A program made the position numbers and the translations under genes. Positions 1 through 10,109 of a stretch of DNA of 64,000 bases are shown piece after piece. Where the stretch lies: positions 7,846 through 71,845 of the forward strand of contig CAJMQU010000021.1 of the NCBI GenBank assembly GCA_905215555.1, written 5' to 3'. The DNA comes from an uncultured bacterium. GTDB lineage: Bacteria > Bacteroidota > Bacteroidia > Bacteroidales > Bacteroidaceae. The notes under the pieces were generated by a model. The model did no database searches and was not told where the DNA came from. It was given only the letters and a program-made list of their open reading frames with translations. The stretch's first letter is position 1, and each line of letters opens with the position of its first letter.

Positions 1-89
1 CCTTTCTCAAAACAGGCCAGCTGTTCGGCAATCTGTTCTTCTGAAATACCTTTTTGGGTAAGCAACTCTTTGTCTTGCGGTGTTATCAT
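1..89 (-). CDS. 5' part of a probable DUF4301-family protein (runs off window start)
   Basis: Reverse strand from ATG at 89 reads MITPQDKELLTQKGISEEQIAEQLACFEKG, open to the edge; resembles Bacteroides DUF4301 N-termini; divergent from relA. Confidence 0.6.
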   Translation of the reverse strand, partial: MITPQDKELLTQKGISEEQIAEQLACFEK

Positions 90-165
90 ACTATCTTAAT
101 TTATTAATTGATTGCCAAAAATACAAAAAAACCGCAAGCCCTATCAAGAAAAAGAAGAAAAAAAC

Positions 166-173
166 TACCTTTG
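166..173 (+). promoter_or_regulatory. Bacteroidetes primary-sigma -7 element for relA
   Basis: TACCTTTG matches TAnnTTTG, 20 bp upstream of ATG 194. Confidence 0.55.
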
Positions 174-193
174 GGCAACAAAAATGGACGAAT

Positions 194-2416
194 ATGGAAA
201 GAGATGAATTTTTCACTACTGAAGAGAAAGAATTGCTCTTCTCTCTCTACAGAAAATTATTGCAGTTGACCGGTGAGACATTACAAAAAGGTGACTGTAG
301 GAAATTGAAAACACATCTTATCAACTCTATAAAGGATAACCGCGTTCAACGCGACACTTTCGGACTGAACCCGCTGGTTAAGGATATGCAGACTGCCGTT
401 ATCGTTGCCGAAGAAATCGGAATGAAACGGGCATCTATTCTAGGTATCATGCTGCACGAAAGCGTGAGAAACGGAGCTTGCACCACCGAAGATGTGCAGG
501 CGACTTTTGGTGAGGATGTAGCCGGTATTATCCGCGGATTGATACGTGTAAACGAGCTTTACTCCAAGAGTCCGACGATAGAGTCGGAAAACTTCCGCAA
601 CCTGCTGCTCTCGTTTGCAGAGGACATGCGCGTAATCCTGATAATGATTGCAGACCGCGTGAACATCATGCGGCAAATAAAGGATAGCAAGCATGACGAA
701 GCACGCCGGCAAGTGGCCAATGAAGCTGCATACCTCTATGCTCCCCTCGCCCATAAATTGGGCTTGTACAAGCTGAAATCGGAACTGGAAGACCTCTCAC
801 TAAAATATACGGAAAAAGAGGTTTACTATCACATCAAGGATAAACTAAACGAGACAAAAGCCTCCCGTGACAAGTATATTGCCGCCTTCATCACTCCGAT
901 GCAGAAAAAACTGGAAGAGGCCGGATTACATTTCCACATAAAGGGACGTACAAAATCCATCCACTCCATCTATCAGAAGATGAAGAAGCAGAAATGTCCG
1001 TTCGAAGGAGTGTATGATTTGTTCGCCATCCGCATCATTCTGAATTCGCAAGTGGAAAAAGAGAAACAGGAATGTTGGCAAGCATACTCCATTGTGACGG
1101 ATATGTATCAGCCTAATCCCAAACGTTTGCGCGACTGGCTGTCCGTGCCCAAGAGTAACGGTTACGAATCATTGCACATCACCGTGATGGGACCTGAGGG
1201 CAAATGGGTAGAGGTACAGATACGTACCGAACGCATGGACGACATTGCCGAACGCGGTCTTGCCGCCCACTGGCGCTACAAAGGTGTGAAGGGCGAAAAC
1301 GGACTGGATGAATGGCTGACCTCCGTACGTGAAGCTCTGGAAAACTCGGATAGCAACGGATTGGAAGCAATGGATCAGTTCAAGCTGGATTTGTATGAAG
1401 ATGAAGTATTCGTATTCACTCCGAAAGGTGACCTGTTCAAGCTGGGTAAGGGGGCTACGGTGCTTGATTTTGCTTTCCACATCCACAGTAAACTGGGGTG
1501 CAAGTGCATTGGCGCCAAAGTAAACGGTAAGAATGCGCAGTTACGGCAGGTACTGAATAGCGGTGACCAAGTGGAAATCATGACATCGAATACACAGACA
1601 CCCAAGCAGGACTGGCTGAATATCGTAACTTCTTCCAAAGCACGCACCAAGATCCGCCAGGCATTGAAAGAAATGGCCGCCCGCCAACATGCTTTCGCCA
1701 AAGAAACGATAGAACGGAAATTCAAGAACCGGAAAATAGAATATGATGAAGCCGTAATGATGCGTCTTATAAAGCGTCTCGGCTTCAAGACGGTGACGGA
1801 TTTTTATCAAAGCATTGCGGATGAAACGCTGGATGTGAATGAAATCATAGACAAATATCTGGAACAGCAGAAACGGGAAAATGATGTACATGATGACATT
1901 ACGTATCGCAGCGCTGAAGGATATAACCTGCAACAGACGCAGAACGATGAAATCACCCGTTCGAAAGAAGACGTGCTGGTTATCGACCAGAATCTGAAAG
2001 GCCTTGATTTCAAATTGGCACGTTGCTGTAACCCTATTTATGGAGACGACGTGTTCGGCTTCGTAACAGTGACCGGAGGAATCAAGATACACCGCAGTGA
2101 TTGCCCCAATGCCACACAGTTGCGTGAACGGTTCGGCTACCGGATTGTAAAAGCGCGTTGGGCAGGTAAATCGCAAGGCACGCAATACCCGATCACACTC
2201 CGCGTAGTGGGACATGATGATATTGGTATTGTGACAAATATCACCTCTATCATTTCAAAAGAGAATGATATCACCCTGCGTTCCATCGGCATTGACTCAC
2301 ACGACGGACTGTTCTCCGGAACAATGACCATCATGGTGGGTGATACAGGACGACTGGAAACGCTCATAAAGAAATTGAGAACAGTGAAAGGAGTGAAACA
2401 AGTTTCAAGAAACTGA
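194..2416 (+). CDS. relA: RelA/SpoT family (p)ppGpp synthetase (degenerate HD, synthetase, TGS, ACT domains)
   Basis: Motifs APLAHKLG, GRTKSIHSI, KSNGYESLH, EVQIRT, FVFTPKGD (TGS); start moved to ATG 194 (MERDEFF) downstream of the promoter motif. Confidence 0.95.
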   Translation: MERDEFFTTEEKELLFSLYRKLLQLTGETLQKGDCRKLKTHLINSIKDNRVQRDTFGLNPLVKDMQTAVIVAEEIGMKRASILGIMLHESVRNGACTTEDVQATFGEDVAGIIRGLIRVNELYSKSPTIESENFRNLLLSFAEDMRVILIMIADRVNIMRQIKDSKHDEARRQVANEAAYLYAPLAHKLGLYKLKSELEDLSLKYTEKEVYYHIKDKLNETKASRDKYIAAFITPMQKKLEEAGLHFHIKGRTKSIHSIYQKMKKQKCPFEGVYDLFAIRIILNSQVEKEKQECWQAYSIVTDMYQPNPKRLRDWLSVPKSNGYESLHITVMGPEGKWVEVQIRTERMDDIAERGLAAHWRYKGVKGENGLDEWLTSVREALENSDSNGLEAMDQFKLDLYEDEVFVFTPKGDLFKLGKGATVLDFAFHIHSKLGCKCIGAKVNGKNAQLRQVLNSGDQVEIMTSNTQTPKQDWLNIVTSSKARTKIRQALKEMAARQHAFAKETIERKFKNRKIEYDEAVMMRLIKRLGFKTVTDFYQSIADETLDVNEIIDKYLEQQKRENDVHDDITYRSAEGYNLQQTQNDEITRSKEDVLVIDQNLKGLDFKLARCCNPIYGDDVFGFVTVTGGIKIHRSDCPNATQLRERFGYRIVKARWAGKSQGTQYPITLRVVGHDDIGIVTNITSIISKENDITLRSIGIDSHDGLFSGTMTIMVGDTGRLETLIKKLRTVKGVKQVSRN

Positions 2417-2420
2417 AAAC

Positions 2421-2780
2421 ATGAAATACGATTTTAAGAAGCAGATCCGCAGTTTCGGTTATGCCTGGAAAGGAATCCGGCAATGTGTAGGCAAAGAGCA
2501 GAATTTGAGTTTTCATCTCATCACTACGGTAGTGGTGACAGCCGCAGGGGGATTCTTCGGTATCACACGTACAGAGTGGACTATTATTGTGCTTTGCATT
2601 GGTGTGGTAATTGCTGCGGAACTGTTCAATACAGCTATTGAGAAATTGGTGGATCTGGTTTCACCGGAACGTCATCCTATCGCCGGCCAAGTAAAAGACA
2701 TTGCCGCCGGAGCAGTGCTGGTGTGCGCTGTTGCGGCGGCAATCATCGGGATTATCATCTTTGTCCCCTATTTGTTTTAG
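2421..2780 (+). CDS. dgkA: Diacylglycerol/undecaprenol kinase family
   Basis: SFGYAWKGI, ELFNTAIEKLVD, KDIAAGAVL motifs; 3 TM segments; 119 aa. Confidence 0.9.
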   Translation: MKYDFKKQIRSFGYAWKGIRQCVGKEQNLSFHLITTVVVTAAGGFFGITRTEWTIIVLCIGVVIAAELFNTAIEKLVDLVSPERHPIAGQVKDIAAGAVLVCAVAAAIIGIIIFVPYLF

Positions 2781-2785
2781 ACTTT

Positions 2786-3796
2786 CTATCTCACTCTCTT
2801 TTTCTTATAATAAGGATAGGTCAGCAAGAAGTAGAAAGCAAGGGCGACTAAGACAGCAATACCGATTACTTTATAAATCAACTGAAAATCCGTATAAAAA
2901 TGGAGTTGTTCATTACCATTATCCGACAGGAAACAGCAGGCTGCCATACCTATCAGCAGACCGGCATCCATGGATAAATGGCAGGTGGTGTTCGCAGTTC
3001 CCCGTTGGCAATGATGTGACAGTTTCACAAATATCTTCGTGAAAGGTATCGTAAGCACTACCAGAACAACAAGAAAGAACAATATACTGTAATCTCCCTG
3101 CTTTATCAGAGGCAATGCCACTCCGGGAACGAAAGCTATCAGCATCAGGTTTATGGCAGGAAGCCATCCCCGCAACAGCAGGAAACGGTCGAGATTGCAA
3201 CGGCTCACCCCTATCGGTGCACGGAAAGCTACATATACCCGCAAGGAAAACAATATGCTGAATATGCCGCACAAGATAGAAAGGTATGCCACCATGCTGA
3301 AACCTTTGAGATAGAACATCCAGATTCCCACCCCTACTCCTGCCAGCATACCCAGGCGCGCAGCCAGCGCAAAGCCCATGTTTCCGGCACTACGGCGTGA
3401 AGAAGCTGTAATATCAATGGCCACTGTGATACCTGCCGTCGTCGCTAATCCGAAAGCAGCCCCCTGCACAACTGCAAGCAACAGCAGTTTCGGAAAAGTA
3501 TCGACAAAAACATATCCCAAGGTTGCTCCCAACATCACGAATGTGGAATATACCAGTACGTGTTTCCGCTTATATTCATCCCCCAGATATGCATGAAACG
3601 GCCCTACAAGAAACATCGCCGCTGCAAAGGCCAGAAACATGCTGCCCGCCTGTCCGGTAGAGATGCCCAGTCGTGACACCATCACCGAAGGAAGTACCGG
3701 GAAAAGTGCATATATGGATGCAAAAAGCAGAAAATTGGCAAAACACATCCGCATAAAGCCCAGTGACCAAAGATTATCAATATTGCTCTTTCTCAT
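2786..3796 (-). CDS. MFS transporter
   Basis: Multiple hydrophobic helices; motif A-like [10 protein letters not shown]; overlaps panB 3' end. Confidence 0.8.
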   Translation of the reverse strand: MRKSNIDNLWSLGFMRMCFANFLLFASIYALFPVLPSVMVSRLGISTGQAGSMFLAFAAAMFLVGPFHAYLGDEYKRKHVLVYSTFVMLGATLGYVFVDTFPKLLLLAVVQGAAFGLATTAGITVAIDITASSRRSAGNMGFALAARLGMLAGVGVGIWMFYLKGFSMVAYLSILCGIFSILFSLRVYVAFRAPIGVSRCNLDRFLLLRGWLPAINLMLIAFVPGVALPLIKQGDYSILFFLVVLVVLTIPFTKIFVKLSHHCQRGTANTTCHLSMDAGLLIGMAACCFLSDNGNEQLHFYTDFQLIYKVIGIAVLVALAFYFLLTYPYYKKKRVR

Positions 3797-4598
3797 TCGG
3801 GAAGTCTAAATTCTTCACATCGGATACATAACGGCTGATAGCATCGGTCATCACCGTATGCAGGTCGGCATAACGGCGCAGAAAACGGGGACGGAAACCA
3901 TTGTTCATGCCCAGCATATCCTGAATTACCAAAACCTGCCCGTCTACTCCGCTGCCGGCACCAATACCGATAATAGGAATAGTAAGTTCGCTTGCCACAC
4001 GTTGTGCCAGAGTAGCAGGGACTTTCTCCAATACGATGGCAAAACAGCCGGCTTCTTCCAACAAATGAGCATCACGTATCAGCTTATCAGCTTCCGCTTC
4101 GTCCTTCGCACGAACAGTGTAAGTACCATATTTATTGATAGATTGCGGCATCAGACCGAGGTGTCCCATGATGGGTATGCCAGCGCTGAGGATACGCTTC
4201 ACTGTACCTATGATTTCTTCGCCACCTTCCAGTTTCAAGGCGTCTGCATGGCTCTCTTTCATGATGCGGATGGCCGAAGCAAGACCTTCCAGTTCATTAC
4301 CCTGGTAAGAGCCGAAGGGCATATCAACCACCACCATAGCGCGCTTCACACCACGGACTACGGATTTGGCGTGATAAATCATTTGGTCGAGGGTGATGGG
4401 AAGAGTCGTTACATTACCCGCCATCACGTTACTGGCAGAATCGCCTACAAGAATAACATCCATGCCTGCACCATCCACAATCTGAGCCATAGTGTAGTCA
4501 TAAGACGTCAGCATAGATATCTTTTCGCCTCTCTGTTTCATCTCTATCAGGCGATGAGTAGTCACTTTACGAGTGTCATCTGAAATATAACCAGCCAT
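3777..4598 (-). CDS. panB: 3-methyl-2-oxobutanoate hydroxymethyltransferase
   Basis: [40 protein letters not shown] motifs. Confidence 0.97.
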   Translation of the reverse strand: MAGYISDDTRKVTTHRLIEMKQRGEKISMLTSYDYTMAQIVDGAGMDVILVGDSASNVMAGNVTTLPITLDQMIYHAKSVVRGVKRAMVVVDMPFGSYQGNELEGLASAIRIMKESHADALKLEGGEEIIGTVKRILSAGIPIMGHLGLMPQSINKYGTYTVRAKDEAEADKLIRDAHLLEEAGCFAIVLEKVPATLAQRVASELTIPIIGIGAGSGVDGQVLVIQDMLGMNNGFRPRFLRRYADLHTVMTDAISRYVSDVKNLDFPNEKEQY

Positions 4599-4638
4599 AT
4601 TATTTTAGTTTTTAAGTTTTTGGGTTATCAATTGCTTT

Positions 4639-4720
4639 TTCACCACAGATTACGCTGATTGGCACGGATTATAGAATATCATATAAATGATCTGTGTAAA
4701 TCTGTGCAATCTGCTGTGAA
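4639..4720. repeat. Imperfect palindrome built from 9-10 bp CACAGATT-type units
   Basis: cacagatt-acgctgatt-ggcacggatt ... atctgtgt-aaatctgtg-caatctgctgtg in inverted orientation. Confidence 0.7.
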
Positions 4721-4727
4721 ATCGCCG

Positions 4728-4735
4728 CAAAGGTA
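4728..4735 (-). promoter_or_regulatory. -7 promoter element for panB operon
   Basis: Reverse complement TACCTTTG. Confidence 0.5.
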
Positions 4736-4748
4736 TAACTTTTTCTCT

Positions 4749-5396
4749 TTACTTATGCAATTCTGTTAATTTATCGTAAGTGAACCCTTCAAAGTCATCC
4801 AGAATGTAATGACACAACGGGGCTATTTCTTCGCGTGAATTGGTTGTAGCCAGACCGACAACCGTAGCACCGGAGGCCATTCCGGCTTTCAAGCCATTGA
4901 AGGAGTCTTCGAAAACATAAGTTGTTTCCGGTGTGGTACCAAACACTTCCATACCGAGCAGGAAACAATCCGGTGCAGGCTTGGAAGCGGTGAACATCTC
5001 TGCTGTAAGAATACGGTCGAACATATTTTTAATCTCCGGTTTAGCACGATATACCGCCTCCATCTTCTTATCGTTGGAGCTGGTTACTACAGCCATTCTG
5101 ACATCGTTGCGGTGGAGATCAGCTATAAAAGCTTCTACACCCGGAATAAAATCGAAAGACATCTCTTGCTCAAACCGGTCGAGTCCGGCAGTGATTTCCT
5201 CCCGCTCTTTAGTCATACCGGGAAAGAAGGTATCATAAATATACATCAGGGTTTGTCCCTTTACGCGCTTCTCAAGATCTTCCATACCTAAGTAATCTAC
5301 TCCCATTTTATGCCAGAAGATACTATACTGCGTCTCTGTATCGACAACCACACCGTCGAAGTCGAAAAGAACGGCAATGTTTTTTGTTTCAGCCAT
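4749..5396 (-). CDS. HAD-superfamily hydrolase (beta-phosphoglucomutase-like)
   Basis: FDFDGVVVDTE (motif I), VTSS, KPAPD, FEDSFNG. Confidence 0.92.
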   Translation of the reverse strand: MAETKNIAVLFDFDGVVVDTETQYSIFWHKMGVDYLGMEDLEKRVKGQTLMYIYDTFFPGMTKEREEITAGLDRFEQEMSFDFIPGVEAFIADLHRNDVRMAVVTSSNDKKMEAVYRAKPEIKNMFDRILTAEMFTASKPAPDCFLLGMEVFGTTPETTYVFEDSFNGLKAGMASGATVVGLATTNSREEIAPLCHYILDDFEGFTYDKLTELHK

Positions 5397-5483
5397 ATAA
5401 ACTTTCTTTTACCTTATAATGTTAATACCTTATGAATTACGGCACAAAGGTCAGAATAATACTTGAACCGAGCAAATATTTCG

Positions 5484-5491
5484 TAACTTTG
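5484..5491 (+). promoter_or_regulatory. -7 promoter element for MATE gene
   Basis: TAACTTTG upstream of ATG 5569. Confidence 0.5.
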
Positions 5492-5568
5492 CTGCAAATA
5501 CAGATACGCGGACGGCACGAACCGGAGCGGACGAACGCGGATTCATTACTTTCTTTAGATTAATAGTT

Positions 5569-6918
5569 ATGGATAATAACCCTTACATATTAGGTACCGA
5601 ACGTATAGGTAAATTGCTGTTACAGTACTCTATCCCCGCCATCATCGGTATGACGATTACTTCGCTGTACAACATCATCGATAGTATTTTCATCGGTCAC
5701 GGCGTAGGAGCAATGGGTATTGCCGGGTTGGCAATCACTTTCCCGTTGATGAACCTTGTGGTAGCATTCTGTACATTGGTGTCGGCGGGCGGTTCCACCA
5801 TTTCCTCTATCCGTCTGGGGCAAAAAGACCTGGACGGGGCGACTGAAGTACTGGGAAACACACTGATGTTTTGCCTGATTAACGCAGTCGTATTCGGCGG
5901 ACTTTCCTTCTTGTTTCTGGATGACATATTAAGATTTTTCGGTGCAAGCCGGGACACATTGCCTTATGCGCGTGATTTCATGCAAATCATTCTGGCAGGA
6001 ACACCCATTACTTATACAATGATCGGACTGAACAACATCATGCGTGCCACGGGATATCCCAAGAAAGCGATGCTGACATCTATGGTGACCGTGGTTTGCA
6101 ACATCATTCTCGCTCCTATCTTTATTTTCCACTTCGACTGGGGAATACGCGGAGCAGCCACGGCAACAGTTATTTCACAGTTCATCGGTATGGTATGGGT
6201 GGTGAAACACTTCATCGACAAAGACAGTTTCGTTCGTTTCCGTCCGGACTTCTGGAAGTTGAAAAGACGCATCATCAGCAGTATCTTCTCCATTGGTATG
6301 TCTCCATTCCTGATGAATGTATGCGCCTGCGTTATTGTTATTATCATCAACAATTCACTGCAACGCCACGGAGGCGATATGGCTATCGGAGCTTACGGCA
6401 TTATCAACCGCTTGCTTACGCTTTATATAATGATTGTATTGGGACTGACTATGGGTATGCAGCCTATCGTGGGTTACAATTACGGTGCACAGAAACATGA
6501 CCGCGTGAAACAGACATTGAAACTCAGCATCCTGACGGGTGTCTGCATCACCAGCAGCGGATTCCTGATCTGCGAATTGTTTCCGTATGCCGTTTCCGCT
6601 ATCTTCACAAATGATAATGAATTAATTGATATCGCCTCACGGGGAGTACGTATCTGTGTACTGATGTTCCCGTTGGTAGGTGCACAGATCGTTATCGGCA
6701 ACTTTTTTCAGAGTATCGGGAAAGCGAAAATCAGTATTTTCCTTTCGCTCACCCGGCAACTGCTGTATTTGCTTCCCGGTCTGATTTTCTTCCCCCGATT
6801 CATCGGACTTGACGGTATATGGACCAGTATGCCGGTAGCTGACTTCTTTGCTTTTGTGACGGCTCTTATTGTGCTGTGCACATATATCCGGAAGAAAAAC
6901 AAGGAGAGTATCGCGTAA
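5569..6918 (+). CDS. MATE family efflux transporter
   Basis: 449 aa, about 12 TM; LYNIIDSIFIG, GIRGAATATVISQ, QPIVGYNYGA. Confidence 0.93.
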   Translation: MDNNPYILGTERIGKLLLQYSIPAIIGMTITSLYNIIDSIFIGHGVGAMGIAGLAITFPLMNLVVAFCTLVSAGGSTISSIRLGQKDLDGATEVLGNTLMFCLINAVVFGGLSFLFLDDILRFFGASRDTLPYARDFMQIILAGTPITYTMIGLNNIMRATGYPKKAMLTSMVTVVCNIILAPIFIFHFDWGIRGAATATVISQFIGMVWVVKHFIDKDSFVRFRPDFWKLKRRIISSIFSIGMSPFLMNVCACVIVIIINNSLQRHGGDMAIGAYGIINRLLTLYIMIVLGLTMGMQPIVGYNYGAQKHDRVKQTLKLSILTGVCITSSGFLICELFPYAVSAIFTNDNELIDIASRGVRICVLMFPLVGAQIVIGNFFQSIGKAKISIFLSLTRQLLYLLPGLIFFPRFIGLDGIWTSMPVADFFAFVTALIVLCTYIRKKNKESIA

Positions 6919-6940
6919 GTAATTTGCACCATTCTATCAG

Positions 6941-7041
6941 AGGGCGTAACCTTCAACGAAGAAAGGTGTAGCCTTAAGTAGTAAAGGGCTACACCATCCT
7001 AACCAAAGGGTGTAGCTATCCGACCCGGAAGGCTACACCAT
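6941..7041. repeat. 22-bp-period array with GGCTACACC core in mixed orientation (copy 1)
   Basis: Cores at 6943 (GGCGTAACC), 6965 (GGTGTAGCC), 6987 (GGCTACACC), 7009 (GGTGTAGCT), 7031 (GGCTACACC). Confidence 0.85.
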
Positions 7042-7094
7042 TTTTATTATGCCCTACAGATATCTGTCGGCAAGGTAAAAGTGATAAAATGAAC

Positions 7095-7722
7095 TTATTC
7101 GCTTTTGATGCTTTGTACGGGATTTTCATTAGCTATATGCCAAGCCTTGAAAATAACCAAAAGCACTATAAGCGCCAACAATACCACGCACAGTGATATC
7201 CATCATTTTACCCATAGAAAGAGTCTTACCCACCGGTTCTTCGTCACCGAAGAGTTCGCGTGCCTTACTTTGTGAAAGGAAAGCGTACAAAGGGGTACCC
7301 AGTTCCTTCGGATCACCGCGTAATACGTCAAGTCCGATAGTATGGAAGAAGAGTGTATCTGCAAACATCGGCTGAACATCGTCCAGTTTTTTATCATCGA
7401 TATAAAATTCAGGCTGATAAAAATTGACCGAAAGACTGGCAGACTCTATCAAGTCGGGCAATGCTTCCCCAAGGTCGGCGGCAGCAGGGCGAAAGGTGCT
7501 GTAATCATACTCCTTATCGGGAATACCGTCCTTCACCCGTCGGCAGCGCATCAAGGCCACGCACTCCGGATCTTTATAAAAATTCTCGTAACTCAGTTCG
7601 TAGGCTATCTGCGAAAAAAGTAGGATACCTATCAGCAGCCCCAGCGTCAAAGACATCAACTTAATGAAATTGCTGCCCCGCCCGCGAAGCAAAATCTGAA
7701 TAGTATAATAAATTTGTCTCAT
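7095..7722 (-). pseudogene. MacB/FtsX-type ABC permease with large internal deletion and frameshift
   Basis: N-terminal about 180 aa parallels the neighbouring permeases; after about 7185 another frame reads VVLLALIVLLVIFKAWHIANENPVQSIKSE*, the paralogues' C-terminus. Confidence 0.88.
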
Positions 7723-7741
7723 AATTTCTCTTGTTCCTTAT

Positions 7742-10051
7742 TTATTCGCTCTTGATACTGTTCACCGGATTCTCATTGGCAATCTTCCAGGATTTCCAGA
7801 TGACGCAAGCAACAATAATAATCAGAATGGCCAGTGCTATCAGCACATATACAATCCAGGAAAGCGGTACTTGCGTGGCAAACTGTTCCATCCACATTCC
7901 ATTGACATACCACGATGCGAGTGTACCGATGATGACGGCAGGCGCAGCTACATAAAGTATATCTTTAGAAAGCAACTCCAATATACTTATGGACTCCGCT
8001 CCGTTCACTTTACGGATGGCAATCTCCTTCGAACGGCGGCGTACCTCGTCCGTAGTGTAACCTATCAACCCCATCAGCATGATAAAGAACATCGTCACTG
8101 CTGCCAATATAGTGGCATTACTGAACACACGCACAGGATTATATTCCCGCAGTATCTGCTGCTCCATCCCCTCAAAATCTATTGTCTTGTCCGGATATGC
8201 CTCGGCGACGTCTTTATTGAGCCGCCGCAGGTTATCGGCGAAAGGTTCTTTAAGGCGCACGTGGACTGTATTACCAAAAGTACGGGTATAACCGAAGATT
8301 ATGACATCCTGCGGTTCGTAAAAGGAACCAATGTGGAAATCTTTCAATACGCCTACCACTTTATAGTTTTTACCTTCCATACGCAACGGATGGTTCAGGG
8401 CTTTATTTCCCCAGCGCATCCGCTCTGCAAAAGCTTCGTTCACAACTATTTCATCTGTGGCGCGTGCAGGACGCCCCTCCTTCAAGGTCATACCCATCAT
8501 TTTGAAATAATCTTCGGGAGCACGACTGGTGCGGGTTGAAAAGAGAGATTGTCCGCCCTCGCCCTCAACCATCGAGCCGCTGTAGCTCCTGACAGGGCTA
8601 CTGATGGCACAAGACACCTCTTCTACATAAGGTAGTCCGCGGAAAAAGTGTAATGCGGATTCACTTTCCTCATCTTTACCGAAATAAGCGTTAGCCGAGG
8701 CTACGCGATGTGGATCGTAACCCATATCCTTATCTTTCACATAATTGTATTGCGCCATCACCACGTACATCAGTCCACAGATGAAAGCTACACCTGAAAA
8801 CTGGACAAAAAGCAACGGACATTTCCAACCTTTCTTTCCTTCCGTATAGCGGCGGAACACCTGAGACACGGGAATTCGGGCAAATAAACGGCCGGGCAAC
8901 ACGCCACCTAGGATGAACAAGGCAAGTACCACGGCGAGCGGCACCCAGATACGGTTCAGCGCAAAAAGTACACTCAACTTGGCGGCAGTGGTGTCTTCGA
9001 TGAACTCCCGGAAGTTCAGTAATATCAGTCCCATCAGCATCAAAGCAAGCACAATGATAATGCCCGTCTCCAGCAGGAACATAAGAAACACTGTGCCTCC
9101 GCTTGCGCCGCTGCACTTATGCACCCCCACCGCTTTGGCACGATAAGTAAGCGAGGAAACGGATATCAGCACATAGTTCAGTGCTGCAATAATGAGGATA
9201 GCAAGGGCAAGGACGCTCATGATGAAGTCCATACGCTTCACCTGGTCTTCGTTACGATACACGTCGCGGATAGGTTTTACAAAGGCAGTGTAGCCGTAAG
9301 CTTTCTTGTCCTCTTCCGGACGGTACTTCTGAATCAGCGCATCGAGACGGGCGTTCACTACTCCTTTGTCGGCTCCGGGACGGAAGCGGATATATTCATA
9401 ATAACTGTCGCCACCGCGCCAGGAATAGTTGCCCCAGCCCCGATTCCAACCTGTGGGCATAGACACAACACCTTCGGGGCGCATCGTGGCATTGTCCGGC
9501 AGATCCACGTAGGTGCCTTTCACGGTGAACTGCATTTCCTTGTCGTAGCTCAGCACCTTCCCGATAGGGTCTTCGTCACCGAATATCTTCTTCGCCAGCC
9601 GGGCAGACAAGAAGATAACATCCTGCTGCATCAACTCTTTTTCCGGATTTCCACTCAACACCTCAATACCCATAGTACGGAAGAAAAGCGAATCGGCCAG
9701 CAATGTCCGGGCATCAAAACGGACGGTACCATTATATAAAGGTGCGCCCAAGAAGTAAGCAACACTAGTGGCAGCCTCTACTTCCTGCGGGAAATTTTCA
9801 AGAATAGCCCCCGCTACCGGACCGCAGTTCTGTTTCTGCGGTTTGAATTGTTCACCATTGGCTGTGAAGATGGAAAATATCTGATATAGATTATTGTAAT
9901 CTTTATAGCACGTGTCGTAACTTTGTTCGAAGGCTACACGGGCAAACAGCAAGATACTCATTGTTAATCCCAATCCGAGGGAAACGATTTTGATGATGTT
10001 CGAGCCACGTCCACGCAGCAACGTTTGTATGACGTAATAGATTTGTTTCAT
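7742..10051 (-). CDS. MacB/FtsX-type ABC transporter permease (two-lobed)
   Basis: 769 aa; RAKAVGVHKCSGA and RSKEIAIRKVNGA FtsX motifs; ends IANENPVNSIKSE. Confidence 0.92.
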   Translation of the reverse strand: MKQIYYVIQTLLRGRGSNIIKIVSLGLGLTMSILLFARVAFEQSYDTCYKDYNNLYQIFSIFTANGEQFKPQKQNCGPVAGAILENFPQEVEAATSVAYFLGAPLYNGTVRFDARTLLADSLFFRTMGIEVLSGNPEKELMQQDVIFLSARLAKKIFGDEDPIGKVLSYDKEMQFTVKGTYVDLPDNATMRPEGVVSMPTGWNRGWGNYSWRGGDSYYEYIRFRPGADKGVVNARLDALIQKYRPEEDKKAYGYTAFVKPIRDVYRNEDQVKRMDFIMSVLALAILIIAALNYVLISVSSLTYRAKAVGVHKCSGASGGTVFLMFLLETGIIIVLALMLMGLILLNFREFIEDTTAAKLSVLFALNRIWVPLAVVLALFILGGVLPGRLFARIPVSQVFRRYTEGKKGWKCPLLFVQFSGVAFICGLMYVVMAQYNYVKDKDMGYDPHRVASANAYFGKDEESESALHFFRGLPYVEEVSCAISSPVRSYSGSMVEGEGGQSLFSTRTSRAPEDYFKMMGMTLKEGRPARATDEIVVNEAFAERMRWGNKALNHPLRMEGKNYKVVGVLKDFHIGSFYEPQDVIIFGYTRTFGNTVHVRLKEPFADNLRRLNKDVAEAYPDKTIDFEGMEQQILREYNPVRVFSNATILAAVTMFFIMLMGLIGYTTDEVRRRSKEIAIRKVNGAESISILELLSKDILYVAAPAVIIGTLASWYVNGMWMEQFATQVPLSWIVYVLIALAILIIIVACVIWKSWKIANENPVNSIKSE

Positions 10052-10109
10052 TGTACTTTTCTGTTAATTCATTGCTCCATCAATGTTCATAAGAGAATTC
10101 TTTGTTTCC

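Noticed and set aside
80..193. Poly-Lys N-terminal extension of RelA
   Set aside because: Translation of an A-rich promoter region; a TAnnTTTG motif and a better ATG lie downstream.
6941..7041. Possible mini-CRISPR (also 41431-41505 and 60271-60354)
   Set aside because: Cores are only 9 bp with 13-bp spacers, or units are contiguous; no cas genes in the window.
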